63,050 bases of DNA, filler included, from Polymyxa betae A26-41 (GCA_003693705.1; 5 parts of 5 records of this genome joined end to end with filler, not necessarily neighbours in it); one strand, 5' to 3'. Positions 37,166 to 50,540 are shown, counted from the whole stretch's first letter. Program-made: numbers and translations. Notes: generated by a model not told the origin, from the sequence alone.

Positions 37166-37737
37166 ATTCTCACCAATCGAATATTGTCATGCGGCCTATT
37201 TGGCGCTTGCCGCGAACGGATATTCTCCACGCTGCTGGTCTGCTTTTACATTACCCCCGTGGTGGCACGTTACGATTACCGACTATATCGACAACGCCCG
37301 GCATTATGTGTCATCGCCTGAACGTGATTCCAAATTGCGACATGCTGTTGAGATTTGAAGACTTCAGGTTTCGTTCATGGGGACCTACGCCCACCCAACA
37401 TCCTTGTTGTACCCGATTCGGACAAGATCTTTATCGTCGATTTTGAGTTCGCAGGTGTGGAGTACTGCTTAAGTCGGCCCTGGACTAACAGCTGTGGATC
37501 TGTTATTGTACCTTTTGGTCAGTTAGTTGCTGTGAAGTCCAGGCGCAGTTTCTACAGACAGGTCGTCCTGATACCAATGACCGATATCCAAGCTTTTTGA
37601 ATCACACCGATATTATTTGGCCGGATGGTGTCGCTGACAACGATCCTCTACAATTTTCTCACGACGACGATTGGGTCAACAGTCTGACTGCCGAAGCATC
37701 ACCCAAGCAGAAACGGCAACGCTCTGCTCTTTCTTAA
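37166..37737 (+). pseudogene. 3' part of a Crinkler (CRN)-type kinase with C-terminal NLS
   Basis: YCHAAYLALAANGYSPR..WWHVTITDYI, a frameshift, then GFVHGDLRPPNIL..IVDFEFAG, intron 37455-37561, RYPSFLNHTDIIWPDGV..HD and PKQKRQR near the stop. Confidence 0.72.
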
Positions 37738-38791
37738 ATCAATCAGCGGTTAATTGGCTTAGACGAATTATTTTCTGGAGAATTAGCAGCAATTGGAGAT
37801 AAATCATCATTCATCAGCAAAGTTCAACTCATAAAAGCCCCATTTAACAAATAGTAAAAACACACAATAAGATGTTCATCCTAACGAAAGTAATCTAAAG
37901 TTCTATGTTGTCAATTGATCATGTTTACATTATTAGAATCGTGATGAAAAGTCCTTTCTTTGGCAGGCATCGGGAAACTTTATGCTTCTGCGCTTCGTAA
38001 TCTCAATCCAAACAACCAACCGATGAAGAATGGAGACCTTAAAAATGAGGGTGCGTTTGGTGCGAATGACACTTAGCGACCGTGACACTTGTCTGCACAT
38101 TTCTTGACATTTCATCTCTTTCCTTGACCTCTTGTCATGAGACAACTGATATCGCGAATTTTAAAATATTTTAAAACACGAAGAAAATGTCGAACTTGTA
38201 CAATAAGACACGAAATCTGGGGTACGTATCCAATGATATTAAAAGGTTACTGAGATTTCAGAAAAATGACAAGATACTGACATTGGTTAGAACTTCTAGC
38301 AGAAAGAACAAGGACCGAAAACCTATAACAGCGAGACCAAGGAGCAAAGAGAAAAGAGAACCAAAACGTTAATCAAAGTTAAAGAAAAACTGCAAAATCA
38401 AAATCACTCAGTTACTTTGCCGGTATCGTGTTTGAAAATTGTGCCAAAGATATCAAAGGTATCTGTAAGTAGGTCGCTGGGACAGGTCCGATACATTTGC
38501 ACGACATCAGCAAGACGGGTCAGGGTTCCAGAGACGCAAAGCGAACTCGTCGGCAGAGACAGCGACCCGGGCCTGGGCGGCCAGCTGCCCATAAATGCCA
38601 GGATGTGGGCGAAAGTCGCGGCCAGATGCTCAGGGCGCTAAAACCGATCTGTTATTGACAGGTTGGTCGCCTCTGCCAGTATCGGACAATGCAGTCTGAG
38701 AGAATCGCAGCAGACATCTTCAGTTAATGGAGAATTATATTGGACAATTAAATGGCTATGATTAAGTTATGCTATATGCAGATTTGTACAA

Positions 38792-40760
38792 TTAAGTCAG
38801 CCATTCGATTCGCATATCAACTCCTTCAAGTTCGGAAATCTTCTCACCATTCATGGTCAACCAGACCGAAGCGCGCTGTGGAATATCCTCCAACTTGATA
38901 TTCTTGTCGGCCCAGACTTTCTCAGCATCTTCCGGGGCCACATACATGGTCACATCTTTCTGAATATGCTGTCTCATACCTTGCATACCGAACCGAACTT
39001 CGGACGTGAGCAGAATATCATCGACATATACAGCAATGCCAGTTGAAGCATGAAGCGAGGGAACGCGCTTCAGAATCAAGAAGAGCTGTGGTTCCGCGAA
39101 GATAGCGCTGGGACTACCTCGTGGAATTTGGTCCGCAGAACGGCCGCGGAACCAGCCGGAATCGTCAGCAATCATACTCGTGCCTAGGAATGTCCCAAGA
39201 GAATCGGCCAGAGGACCTCGAGCATCGCCGTTGTAGTCAGCATTGCGATGCGAGAGCTGCCAAATCCACCATTGGAAATCAACAAAGGCGTGATGAGCCC
39301 AGAAGATCGGGTCGTATGCCGCCAACGACACCTAGCAGACAATTGTCGTTAACGCCAAATCAGAAACGATTTTACTAAGATTGCCAACCAGAGACATAGT
39401 ACGGCCAATAGCACCATGTACGCTATCATGAACTGAATTGGAATAAATCAGCAATATTATACTCGTAAGAAAACACATACCTGATTCAAGATTGCTGGTA
39501 AAATCAGCGAATCTGTCCTGACGTTGTGCGAATGCCAAAACGGCGCGGTACCGATCGGGACGCATCTGCGGGGCCCGTTGTGTTGCCTGTCCAGAAGGCA
39601 CGAAATTGGAGTAGAGAGGATTCGGAACCGTTTGGCCCCGGGAGTTGACATATGTCCTTTCCGAGTAGGCTCTGGGGATGCCTTCCACGGTCCAGTCCCA
39701 ATAAGCCAAAGGCACTCCCAATGCATCTTCCATACGAGTGATAAAGCGCCGGTGCCATGGAAGGAACTTCTGATTACCGTGCCTGCAGCATAGTCAGAAA
39801 ACAATAGAAAGCGAAGCCGTAAAATTGAGAAAAAGAACAAAAAGTCAATTTTTGAAGGCGATCGAACAGCAAAGAGGAATCATACGGGCAAAAGAAGTTG
39901 GGCTGGCCGTGATCTTGAGCGATGGTTTGGAAGACGCTATCGAGGCCACCAGCGGTGATCCGGGCCCAGGCATCACGATAAGATTGCAGCTCCGCACCGC
40001 TCATGGACGAAATCGAAACACGTGGACCGGCGCCAGGAATCGCATTGGCTACCACCCGGCCACGATCAGTGATAGTTTGTTCCCGTTCTGTTTCGACGAT
40101 TGAACGTTCTTGTTGTGTCTGATTGCGTGGCTCAGGAGAGCTCGTCACAGGCGGCGCCCATTTTGGAACATGGCTTTCGGAAGTTGACTTCCGCGGTCCT
40201 TGTGAAGATTGTTGAGTTGTTGATTGCCGAGATTGCGGGCGCGATTGGGACGTTGTCTGCGAGCGTGATGAAGGGCGCGATTGGGACGCTGTNNNNNNNN
40301 NNNNNNNNNNNNNNNNNNNNNNNNNNNNNNNNNNNNNNNNNNNNNNNNNNNNNNNNNNNNNNNNNNNNNNNNNNNNNNNNNNNGGACGCTGTCTGCGAGC
40401 GTGATGGAGGGCGCGATTGGGACGCCGTCTGCGAGCGTGAATGCGGTTGGGTTATCGGCAGCTGTGCTTCTGGTGCCGTCGTTGTTGCAGATGAGTTGTT
40501 GTCAGCACAAATATCAGGCTTGCAATGAGCTTCAGTCGTTCCGCACCTGGAATATAATCAATATTGAGAGTTAGTTTAGAGAGGTAATCGCCCTACCAGT
40601 TATATTGACTGCAGCAGTAGCCGGGTTCGCAGCGGGCGTTCCCGAAACGAGTGGCACCGCATCGTGAATCTGCCCGGACAGGACCGGAGCAAGGAGCAGC
40701 ATTGGCGACAGCCAGCAACAATGCAATACAGAGCAACGACGTTAAGAATGACAACATCAT
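38792..40760 (-). CDS. Secreted chitin-binding (hevein/CBM18) - Ser/Thr/Gln/Arg linker - tyrosinase, 5 exons
   Basis: Exons 40760-40597, 40546-39886 (contains an N gap), 39782-39481, 39432-39389, 39331-38792. Signal peptide; RCG..CEPGYCCSQYNWCGTTEAHC; CuA DHG..FCPHG..FLPWHR; YWDW; CuB HDSVH..AAYDPIFWAHHAFVD. Confidence 0.9.
40237..40440 (-). repeat. 36-bp coding tandem repeat (SRSQTASQSRPP) in the tyrosinase linker, broken by an assembly gap (40293-40383)
   Basis: GGGCGCGATTGGGACG(T/C)TGTCTGCGAGCGTGATG(A/G)A on both sides of the N run. Confidence 0.85.
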
Positions 40761-41340
40761 TTCACTATGGCAAAGAAGGGGAGGGAGACGAAAGAGCAGC
40801 CTGAATGACGAAGGCGTCATGGAAAAATATCTCCATGTGACGGGAACTGCTGCATACAAACCGCCTGCCCGACGAGGATGATTGCGACTTGAGAAGTCAG
40901 AAAACACAGTGGGAGCAGGAAGCTCAGTGACAGAGTCTATCTGGGATGAGTTGTGAACTTTCACTGACAATCATTGAAGAAGTGACCTGAAGAAGAAAGT
41001 TTCAGAGTTCTTCAATTCACGAGAAACGAAGACCACACTTGTCTAGATTAGAGCTCCAGAATCGACCTGATTATTATCAGCCTAGGAACCATTCTGATTA
41101 GAGCTATGCGCTTGACAAACTTGTCCAAATTGGTGAAATTGCACGTATAATATCAAAGAAAGTGAGCAAATAAAGCACTAAATTGATGTCGATTGCTGAC
41201 TGCTATACTAACAACTAGATTGGAATTCTGCAAAAGCTAATACTGCTGAAACAAGCTAATCATTAAAATGAAAAGATCGCGATACTGTCCTATCAAAACA
41301 CGGAGCATTAAAAGAGAACTAGACGAATTCACATATGAAA

Positions 41341-43508
41341 TTAAACAACTACCAGAACGGTGGGTTTATCAGGACGTGAACGTGATCTGATGAGTTCGGT
41401 AACATCGTTGGATTTGACGTCAAACCGAGCAAGAGTCTGCAGATACCAGCACATCAATGTATCCTTAATAGTAACATCTTGAACAGCACCGCTCATTGTC
41501 GTCTGTAAAACCGAGAGGATATCAAGCAGTTGACGGTGACCAACAGCGTCGAGAAATCCATCGAATAAGCGCAAACCTTGATCGATGAAGGTCGAATGCA
41601 GATTGAGAAGAGAGGATGCAGAGCACTCGACCGCCGGAAGATATGTATCACGAACACCATTCCGAACCAACTCTTGAGCGCGCAAGATCAATAAATTAAA
41701 AACATAAATTAGAATTGGATCATCTTCAGGTAAAGAACGGGTTAGCGTTCCAAATACATGACGTAATGTAGAGCCATTGATTATGTTCGGGTATGTCTCG
41801 AGAACGATCTCTGAATATCGAGGCGCCATAGCACGCATAAGAATCGGATGCAAAGCGAATCGCGAGCTGAAAATCACATGCGATTTGTGATTGCAGGATG
41901 TGTCGCGAACCTTGAAGAATGACGTGATATATGGTAGAAGCTTGCCATCAAAAATTTCGTGTGAGCATCGGATAACCCAGACCTGAAGAATCGAAAGCAC
42001 GAAGAAGTTCCGATATCGGACTAGAACGGGATTCCATTCCGGAAGAGCAGTAGGAAGAAATTTGTCAATGTATTCGTCGATTGTTGTGGGGCCATTCTGT
42101 AGCCCTTCGTTTACAAGCAGAGCGAAAAGTCTAGGATAGCCTGAAAACCGAACACGAGCAAATTCGAGCAGAGATAGGCAGTCTGTAGCCAAAGAGACCT
42201 GGGCAGCAAACAAAATTAATGCAAGTTAATAGAAAACAAAAATGTAAATCAGACGCAAAAGGCCTCATTGCAAAAATCGAATTCAGAAGATTACCGCAAT
42301 GGGATCAGATGTTAGACTTGAAGCAATCACCATCGTACTAGAGAGAAAGAATCTTGTCAACAAGGCCCGGATAGGAGAATGCTTATCAGCCAAGGCGGCG
42401 TCCATCGGGGCGTAGCGAAAACCAGCGAACATGATGAAATGATCGTGTACGAAATCGTGCATTCGAGCAAGAATGTTTTCACGGCTGCAATCGGATGCAA
42501 ACTGAAGCGCTCTGGTAACCGAACGGCAAAGTACTGCTGCTTGCATGGCAAAGGCGTCGTGATAACGAGACTCTGCAGAAGCCAGCAAAACGGCAGCACA
42601 ATCGGTACATACTGCACGATCGGGATGCAGGCAGATACGTAGAGAGACAGCTGCAAATAATGCTGGAAATGCAAAGGAAAGAGCCAGTTGGTATGGGATA
42701 TGCGAATCGGAGATCAACCAAGGACAAGCTTGAAGTGAGATTCCAATAGCACCGCATACTTGCGAAACAGGACCAAGGTCAGCTAATCGCGTAATAAGTG
42801 TTGCTAGATAAGGCCAGTGTCGATTCTGTTGAGCACATTGACCAGCGGCACAGACACAGCCAACAGCCTGAGCCGTAGCTGATTCTTTTCGAGCATCGCA
42901 TAGGATCGGAAGTGGGTTCGATAGAAACGGGACTCGAGTAGCATATTGATGCAAGACGGTGAGTAAGGAATTGGAAGGATAGGTCGGCATATTGACAAAG
43001 CTAGGATTGGAGTAAGCATACATTTGGGCAGATATGAGAAGCAAATATGAATTAGGTATGAAACGCTAAATGAGGACACTCGATTTGAGGCCAAAAACTA
43101 GCCGATAGGCAATAAAAACTCGTGACGAAACAATTAAAGAAACAAAATGTAGAAAATCCCAAGGATCGGGTCAAAAAGCTAATGCAGAGAAAAACAGATT
43201 GATAAACGAAGAAAACTGTTTGAGGTCAAAACTCCCAATAAGCAACACAATGCGAGAGAAACGCAAAAGAACGAGAGATGAACTAACAATTCGAGTAATG
43301 GGTCGACAATAGAGGTGATGGTGACAGGTAGGATTGTGCAGATAGTGATTAAATCGAACTCAGACAATGGGTGTTGAAGGAGTGACACTACGTCATGATG
43401 GACCTGGCGAGGGTCGCTATGCAATCCTGACTTATACGCTCGGCATCCATCCACAACTTTCTGTAGCAGGCCTTGGACGACCTCTGGGGAAGACGACACC
43501 TTGGCCAT
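41341..43508 (-). CDS. Multi-exon helical protein of unknown function
   Basis: Three long co-oriented ORFs (43179-43511, 42283-43044, 41341-42213) separated by T-rich intron-like segments; no motif recognised. Confidence 0.6.
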
Positions 43509-45704
43509 CAAGGCATTCTAAATTCGAAATCGACACATAATACGAGAAGCGCACAGTTGTGAAGAACAACATCAAGTTCGAATTATGAACTTTTTCCACT
43601 GCGCACATTTTATACTTCACCAGACAAATTCCGATTTTCAGGTTTCTTATGAAGCGATAAGTTTCAAGAGGCAAGACTTCCTCTCTCGTAATTGAGCGTT
43701 CTCAACTCTGCACCAACATAGTTGCTTATCCATTACAGTAGAAGCTGGTGCCAGTTTACGTACATTGAGCTTTCCCCATTGTGACGGGGAGGCCGCGTCA
43801 TTTTCGATCAAAGCGGAAATGGCCTCGTCGAATAACGAAGGTGGTTCTGCTGTTGGGTCGTCGATTCCTCTTCCAGAACGACAGCTTTCTGGTTCAGGTA
43901 GAGAATTAAACCACTGAAACGTTTTCATTCACACGCGTAAACAGAGCGCGACGCCTTTCGCCGAGATGCTATGAGCGGCCTGCAGCGCAGCTCATTTCTC
44001 GTCATGTACATGAATCAATTCGGCATGTCTCCAGCTCGAACGCGATTGCATCTGACAAAGCTAATGGCGCGGCTGGCTGTACCACCTGCAGCTCCTGTGC
44101 CGCCTCAGTCGCGGCTATCATAATCTGCTGAATCCGAATCCTCAATTCAAACCTGCACAGTTGTTCTGTGCTTGCTTTCGTCCAAGATTGAATCTGTCAC
44201 GTTCTCAAGCTATCAACTGAATCTATAAGGCTTCTTTGGCTCCATCTTGCGTCTTTCATTGCGTAGGAAGGTTTGTTATCGTCAATTCTGTTGAGTAAAT
44301 CTCTATCTTTATTTATCGATAGATGAGAGACCCCATTTATATTAGCATGTCAATACAGAAGATAATCCATGCGAAACCCAGAAATTTCAATTTCTTGCCA
44401 AGTTATGTTCTTTCTACCGAACTCGCCTACGAGATCGTTAACTGCATGCTTATCTTATATCGAAGCTTAATGATGTATTTTCGCATTGGGTCAAGCGAGA
44501 AATACGTCTTGGAAGTGTTAATTGGAAGCAACTTTCACTTCGCGAAGCCTGGATAAGTTTGGGTCGCTTAAAACGTACGATTCCTCGTCGGCGCCGTTAT
44601 CAACGGGACCGGGCCCTCTGGACAATTTCCAAAACGCCCCTGATATCGTCTCTAAACAAGGACATTCTGGTCCTTATCGTTTTCTTCCGTGGACTCCGGC
44701 GCTAGCTCGACCAGTACGAACATGCTGCGAAAACATTAAATGAACTTCCTTGACACCTGCCCTGCCGGCTTTCAATCAGCCAGCGTCTCGGTGCCGTTTA
44801 TGAGCTAGTATTGGATGCGGTTCTCAACAGCAAAGTTATGATTACCGGGTCGACTTTAAACAATCTGAAGCTAAGCAAATGCTCATTGAAATCTTCCGCT
44901 TCAAACCTGCGTCTTGGGTATCTCAATCCATAAATTGACGGTAGCAAGACGAATTCGTGAAGGCCGCCAGCGGGCACTGTGTAGAGCGTTCTCATTCAGG
45001 GAGAATCTGCATTCATGATGTTCTTGACTACGGTCGACGTCTCTATTCAAAAAACACAGATTCGAACTTCAACGTTAAAAATTAGCTTTCCTTTTTCTCA
45101 GTTTGATCGATTTTCTGCCTGATTTGAGAAACATCGTTTGATCCATGTCAAAAACCAACCTCTTGCGTTTGCAGTTTGCTCAAGACGTTTGCTCTCACTT
45201 GAAATCAAATCTACCACATACTCAAGCTATCAATGCAATCCAAATTGCTTCCTTGCTGAGTTTCTACTAAAGCTATATTTCAAGCTCAATCGCTAATTCT
45301 CTCAGCATTGTCAGGATGATTACGTCTTTCATTGCTTAGAAAATTTGTATTCTTTAATTCTGTATCTGTATTCATCTGAAATTTTTCATACAGATACCGT
45401 ACAAATCAATAATCCATACAAAGTATCCTCAGAGATACGTAGTTCTTGAATCGAATAGGTCTATATAGGTATGCTCTTTTAAATGGAATCGCCCTCCATG
45501 TCATGGCTACATTGCTTGACTGATATCGAATTGAATATAGAATAAATTTTTGAAAGAGTCTGATGAAAGACATTCACATCGCGACGATTTCATAACTGAT
45601 GAGTCGGAGACTGAGACGGGTGGCCAGATCGCTTGCAAGTACGATCCCGAACAAAAATCGTCGGTGAACGAGACCGGGCCCTGGACGATATTGAGACAAT
45701 GTGA

Positions 45705-48700
45705 ATGGCGACGCCACCCATCCACCATTCCGACTATCACGATATCATCCGTGAGAGCGTCTCCAAATCAGGGCTGTCGTCTGGTCCATATCGTCTCTGC
45801 CCTGGACTCGGGCACCGGTTAGGCCCAGCACCGGCGCCGTCGTCTCCCCATCGATCATATGAACAGCTTCTGTCTGCGGAGCCGCTTCGAATCCGGTCTA
45901 GACCGACCTCGGATGAACCCGCCCTGCATGCCCCTCCGGCTATTGATAAACCAGCGTCTCTCGATGCGATCTATGAGCTATTATCGGATGGGATTTTCGC
46001 TCAGCGAAGTTATGATGATGACCCGGTTGATCCTGTTAATAATCTGGAGCTCAATCACAAGACACAAACAAAATCGTCGACTTCGAAGAAGCGTCGGGTC
46101 CCGAAACTTCGAACATTTATTGGTGGTGGTTCTGGCTCAACCCATAACGTGGCCGTAGCGAGACGAATTCGTCTCGGCCATCAGCGGCTACGACGATGTG
46201 TAGAGCGATCTCAATCGGCTCTGTTGGAGAATCTACGATCTGTCAAGCGGTCAGAATGCGACGATTGTGGCGTCTTACACCACGATCGACGCTCTCAATC
46301 CAATTTTTCGGACTCGAAATCCCTTGGGTAAGAATTCTTCCCTTTGGTCGTTTTTTTATATATCTTGCTTTTTGAATCTTGGCAAAGCCGTTCTCATTTT
46401 CGGTTTAGGAAGATAGTGTTTAGTGTTGTAAGACCCTCTACGACCATTGAATTTGTGTTTAACTTTTAAAAGCATTGAATTGCTGGATTTCACCCAATTT
46501 TTCTCTTTTTTTGTCAACTCATCATTTGAGATCTTGACTAATTGCCATTAACAGCGTTCATCATTATTGGTCATTTTTGAAATTTTATTGCTTCTAATAG
46601 AGCTATAGGCAGCAATTTCATCGTATACCGGACGATGAAAGCGACAATCGCGATCTGTCTGAAGTCACATATCTCAAACATCGCGCTCGCGAATTGCTAG
46701 AGGGCTGCAAAAGTCAGCTTCATGAAGCGAACTTCAAACTCGGCAACCCATCACAAGGCTCAAGGATTTCGCGAGCTACTTCGACCCGAATACCAGAAGA
46801 ATCCTTCTCACCACGAATGTCATCTAGCAGGCGTTTAGTCTCTATCGATTTCAAACATCAGTCGAAAGGTATATCTCAGTATGATAGTTCGCCATTCCAT
46901 ACTGATTTTCTCCAATAGCTAATATTCCAGAATCAGTCAACCAGCATTCGATATTATCGCAACTAGGTTAGTTTTCAATTATGATGTATTTTAACTAACT
47001 AATCCGGCCACTTTTTTTTCGCAGATCCTCATCTCATACCATCGTCGCGCATGGATTATCAAGATACAACCAGAAGCAGATCTCAGTCTCACCGTAGGCT
47101 TTCTTTCACACCAGGCTGTGTTTTCTAATCTGATTCGCAGTTCATGGAAAAGTCGAAAAAAGTCAACCTCCAGAATCTAAGATTGATCTTGTCAAACCGC
47201 ATTATGGTGAGTGCTGCTCTCGAGTAGTTGCTGAAATAGCTTATATTATGATTAGGCGATGTTGATGCGGTCGTTCACGATATCGCCGATTTTGTTCTTG
47301 CTCCCGATTCCCCAAGTGATAGCCCATCAATATCGCCTCTCAATCACATCAACGAGCAAGATGCCGATGATAGCCCTAACCAATCCATCAAATCTGAGCA
47401 ACTACGCCATCAAGCGCTTTGCCGTATCCGCGAGACTATACAAACAGAGCGCTGCAATCAGCGAATATCGGAGAAGCAGCTGCTGAATTCTCTTAGAGAT
47501 CTTCGCGAGCTCATTCAAACGAATACCACAGTCGTCGCCCGTTTACGTCATGACAATGCATTAACTGCCAAGAAACGTCATACACTACAGCAATGCAAGG
47601 CGAAGATCGATCTAGCGAGGCAATTAATCGCGCAATCCATCGCGAAAATGTTTCTCATCAGGTTACATCATCAAGCGTTTCTGTCAAAGCAGCGCCGAGC
47701 ACTAATCGACCGTCTCACCTCTCGGTGGCCTACCATCACATTACGTCTGATAATTCGGACCTGGGCCCTTCATACTTCTCAGGCATCGGGACCAGTTCGG
47801 CCCTTGATGCTACATGCTTCGTCATTGGCGCAGCGAGTCCGGTCTCGCCTATGCCGACATTACCTAATTATCTGGCAGCTTCGAACTCGGCATCTGACAT
47901 TATGCAAGCTCTTATTGAACGAGGCTCTAATGATTCCGGCCGCATCGCCCTTCTTCAGGTGGCGTGTGCTAGCGTTGCGATGCCAACGCTTAAAGGCTAG
48001 TATTGCTGGCGTGCCGTCTCGAACGTTACCGACGCTGGCCGATATGATAACGACATATCGTGGGCGATGCCGTGCTCGAATTCGGCATCTGATTCACTCG
48101 GGTAACGACTCCGAGGCTGATGTTCCATCCCGCACAAATGACCTTATCAATGATCGCATGGCGGAGCTGGCCGCTGCACTTCATGATCGCTGGCTTCGCC
48201 GTACTGCATATTGTCGCTGGTCCTGCGCTCTTCATCGGCTACGTCGGCAATACCATCTGGGCGCTCTCGGACAATGGCATCTGCTTCGGCGTACTGCCCT
48301 TCGCTGGCGGAATCGCGTCTCGCAAATCCGCAACTTCATCGCCGTTAGCGACGAGCGCCTTTTCGAATCCTATCTAAGCTCGGCGTTTCGGCTCTGGAGC
48401 CAAAGGTACAATCAGCGCACCAGAACTCGTGAAGTTGTACACGACCTTGTCTATCCGCATCGGCTGCTAAAACGTTGCATGTTACGCTGGCGTCGAATCG
48501 CTTCGGCTTCTCGGTCTCATGCTGGAATTTATCAAGCCTTACTGAATCAACGACGGCGGCGCTGCTTCCGGCATTGGGAACATCGCGTATCAGCTCGACA
48601 ACTGTTCCGGAACGTACTGGGCCGTATCGAAGCGCTGCATCTCCAATTACAGTTCCGGCGTCAGTGGACTCGATGGCGTGACCGAATTCGCTACATGCGG

Positions 48701-49096
48701 TTGATAACGCGCGTATTTCGCGATGCTATCTCACGCTGGACCGCGCGATTGCAATCTAGCAAGGTTACACCCGTGAGGGCGTTTTCTGGATGGCTACGTT
48801 ATGTTGATTCGCAACGTCTGAAAAGAATTCGTCGCGTTCAAGCCAATACTGCTGCTTTGTACGATGGCATTCGTATTCGGATATGGGCTCTGAAACGATG
48901 GTGGCAAGTTTATCAACTTCGAATTGTGTTTCGATCTTGGATGACATCAACAAAGCTTCGTATTCGTGCCAGGAATCGCTTTCTATTAAAATGGCGTTAT
49001 CTGGTTCCGGTTTCAAAAGTTTTCAGAGCGCTGCGGGCCAATGTCTCGGTTGCGAAAAGAGCAGAAGCTCTAGTCTGGAAAGCTCACTATCTATAA
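45705..49096 (+). CDS. Sfi1-like centrin-binding repeat protein (multi-exon; 5' structure approximate)
   Basis: The 482-aa terminal ORF has recurring L/F-x2-3-W basic repeats (LLRRTALRWR, LSSAFRLWS, LLKRCMLRWRR, RRCFRHWE, RAFSGWLR). Upstream ORFs are linked by GT-AG introns (e.g. donor 46328). Confidence 0.6.
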
Positions 49097-49529
49097 TGTT
49101 GTTTACTTATCTCTCAAAAATCTGGCTGCAGAGCCAAAGAAAGATTTATCGAGCTGTCAATTAGCGAATAAATGGTTATGTACCTACTTTCCGTAATAGC
49201 ATTTGTGCTGGTCGTAGAAGACGCTTGGCGATTTTCTTTCTTCTTGATATGATTTTTTTGAAGTTCTGAATGCAAATTAGAGCCTTGTATTTTACAGTCT
49301 GCAATCGGATGTTATTGACCTCTAAGAGGTTGTCACGATTTATGTCTCGCCTTCATTTAAAAGCGAGAAGCATCCGAGAATCTGTCGCTCTACAGAGCTA
49401 TAGCAGTAAGCAAACTGACTGCCAGGTCCTATCTCCTGCACGATGTTTTATGGTGTTGAAATTGAAAACTTTGCACATATCTAATTTTGATTTGCATGCA
49501 GGTGCGCAAAGGTCGCGATATGTGCGCCT

Positions 49530-50540
49530 ATGGCAAAACTGATCGAAACTGATGACGACGACAAGACCGGCGTCTCGGCTGCGTCGTACGAGCCTGTAAC
49601 AACACCAGGCGCCCTACGCGCAGCATTGCCATTGTCTTCGGGCGGAATCAGCACCGTCCGAAGCGCTCGCCGCACCGTACGGCGTATCATCGACGGCACC
49701 GATGATCGTCTGCTGGTGGTCGTGGGCCCCTGCTCTCTCCACGACAATGCCGCCTCTATCGAATACTCCCACCGCCTTCTCGCCGCCGCTCAAACATACG
49801 TCGCCGACCTGCAGATCGTCATGCGTGCCTACTTCGAGAAGCCTCGGACGACGGTGGGGTGGAAGGGTCTCATAAACGACCCCGATTTGGATGGCTCTCA
49901 TCGTATAGAGAAGGGGCTGCGCCTAGCGCGCAGCCTTCTCCTATCGTTCTGTCAGGACGGCCTCCCTGTCGCTTGTGAGCTTCTTGACACAATCTCACCT
50001 CTCTATATCCATGATTGTATCGCTTGGGGCGCCATCGGTGCTCGGACCAGTGAGTCCCAGCTGCATCGGCAGATGGCCAGCGGCGTCGCGTTCCCGATCG
50101 GCTTCAAAAACGGCACCACCGGCGACCTCCAGGTGGCTGTCGACGCCATGGTCGCCGCCGCTCAGCCACACTCCTACCTCAGCGTTGACGACAACGGCCA
50201 GGCTNNNNNNNNNNNNNNNNNNNNNNNNNNNNNNNNNNNNNNNNNNNNNNNNNNNNNNNNNNNNNNNNNNNNNNNNNNNNNNNNNNNNNNNNNNNNNNNN
50301 NNNNNNNNNNNNNNNNNNNNNNNNNNNNNNNNNNNNNNNNNNNNNNNNNNNNNNNNNNNNNNNNNNGGCGTTATGATCGAAAGCTTCCTGGAGGAAGGTC
50401 GGCAGTCGATTAATGGTTGGCCGCTGGTGTATGGGCAATCGGTGACGGATGCCTGCGTCTCCTGGAATGATACGGTGCCGATGCTATCTCAGCTGGCTGA
50501 AGCTGTTCGGCTAAGGCGTCTGCAGCGGTTACAATCTTGA
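49530..50540 (+). CDS. DAHP synthase, class I-alpha (AroF/G/H or ARO3/4 type); gap at 50205-50366
   Basis: DDRLLVVVGPCSLHD, MRAYFEKPRTTVGWKGLINDP, WGAIGARTSESQLHR, PIGFKNGT, GVMIES, YGQSVTDAC. No intron in the visible part. Confidence 0.96.
   Translation: MAKLIETDDDDKTGVSAASYEPVTTPGALRAALPLSSGGISTVRSARRTVRRIIDGTDDRLLVVVGPCSLHDNAASIEYSHRLLAAAQTYVADLQIVMRAYFEKPRTTVGWKGLINDPDLDGSHRIEKGLRLARSLLLSFCQDGLPVACELLDTISPLYIHDCIAWGAIGARTSESQLHRQMASGVAFPIGFKNGTTGDLQVAVDAMVAAAQPHSYLSVDDNGQAXXXXXXXXXXXXXXXXXXXXXXXXXXXXXXXXXXXXXXXXXXXXXXXXXXXXXXGVMIESFLEEGRQSINGWPLVYGQSVTDACVSWNDTVPMLSQLAEAVRLRRLQRLQS

Noticed and set aside
43647-45150. Gene with TGA read as Trp on the minus strand
   Set aside because: Intact genes here end in TGA (7714, 50540) and use TGG for Trp; more likely a pseudogene or unresolved splicing.
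4473-50540. Shikimate gene cluster (kinase-like domain plus DAHP synthase)
   Set aside because: The genes are on different contigs separated by three artificial joins, and the kinase domain is THNSL1-type.
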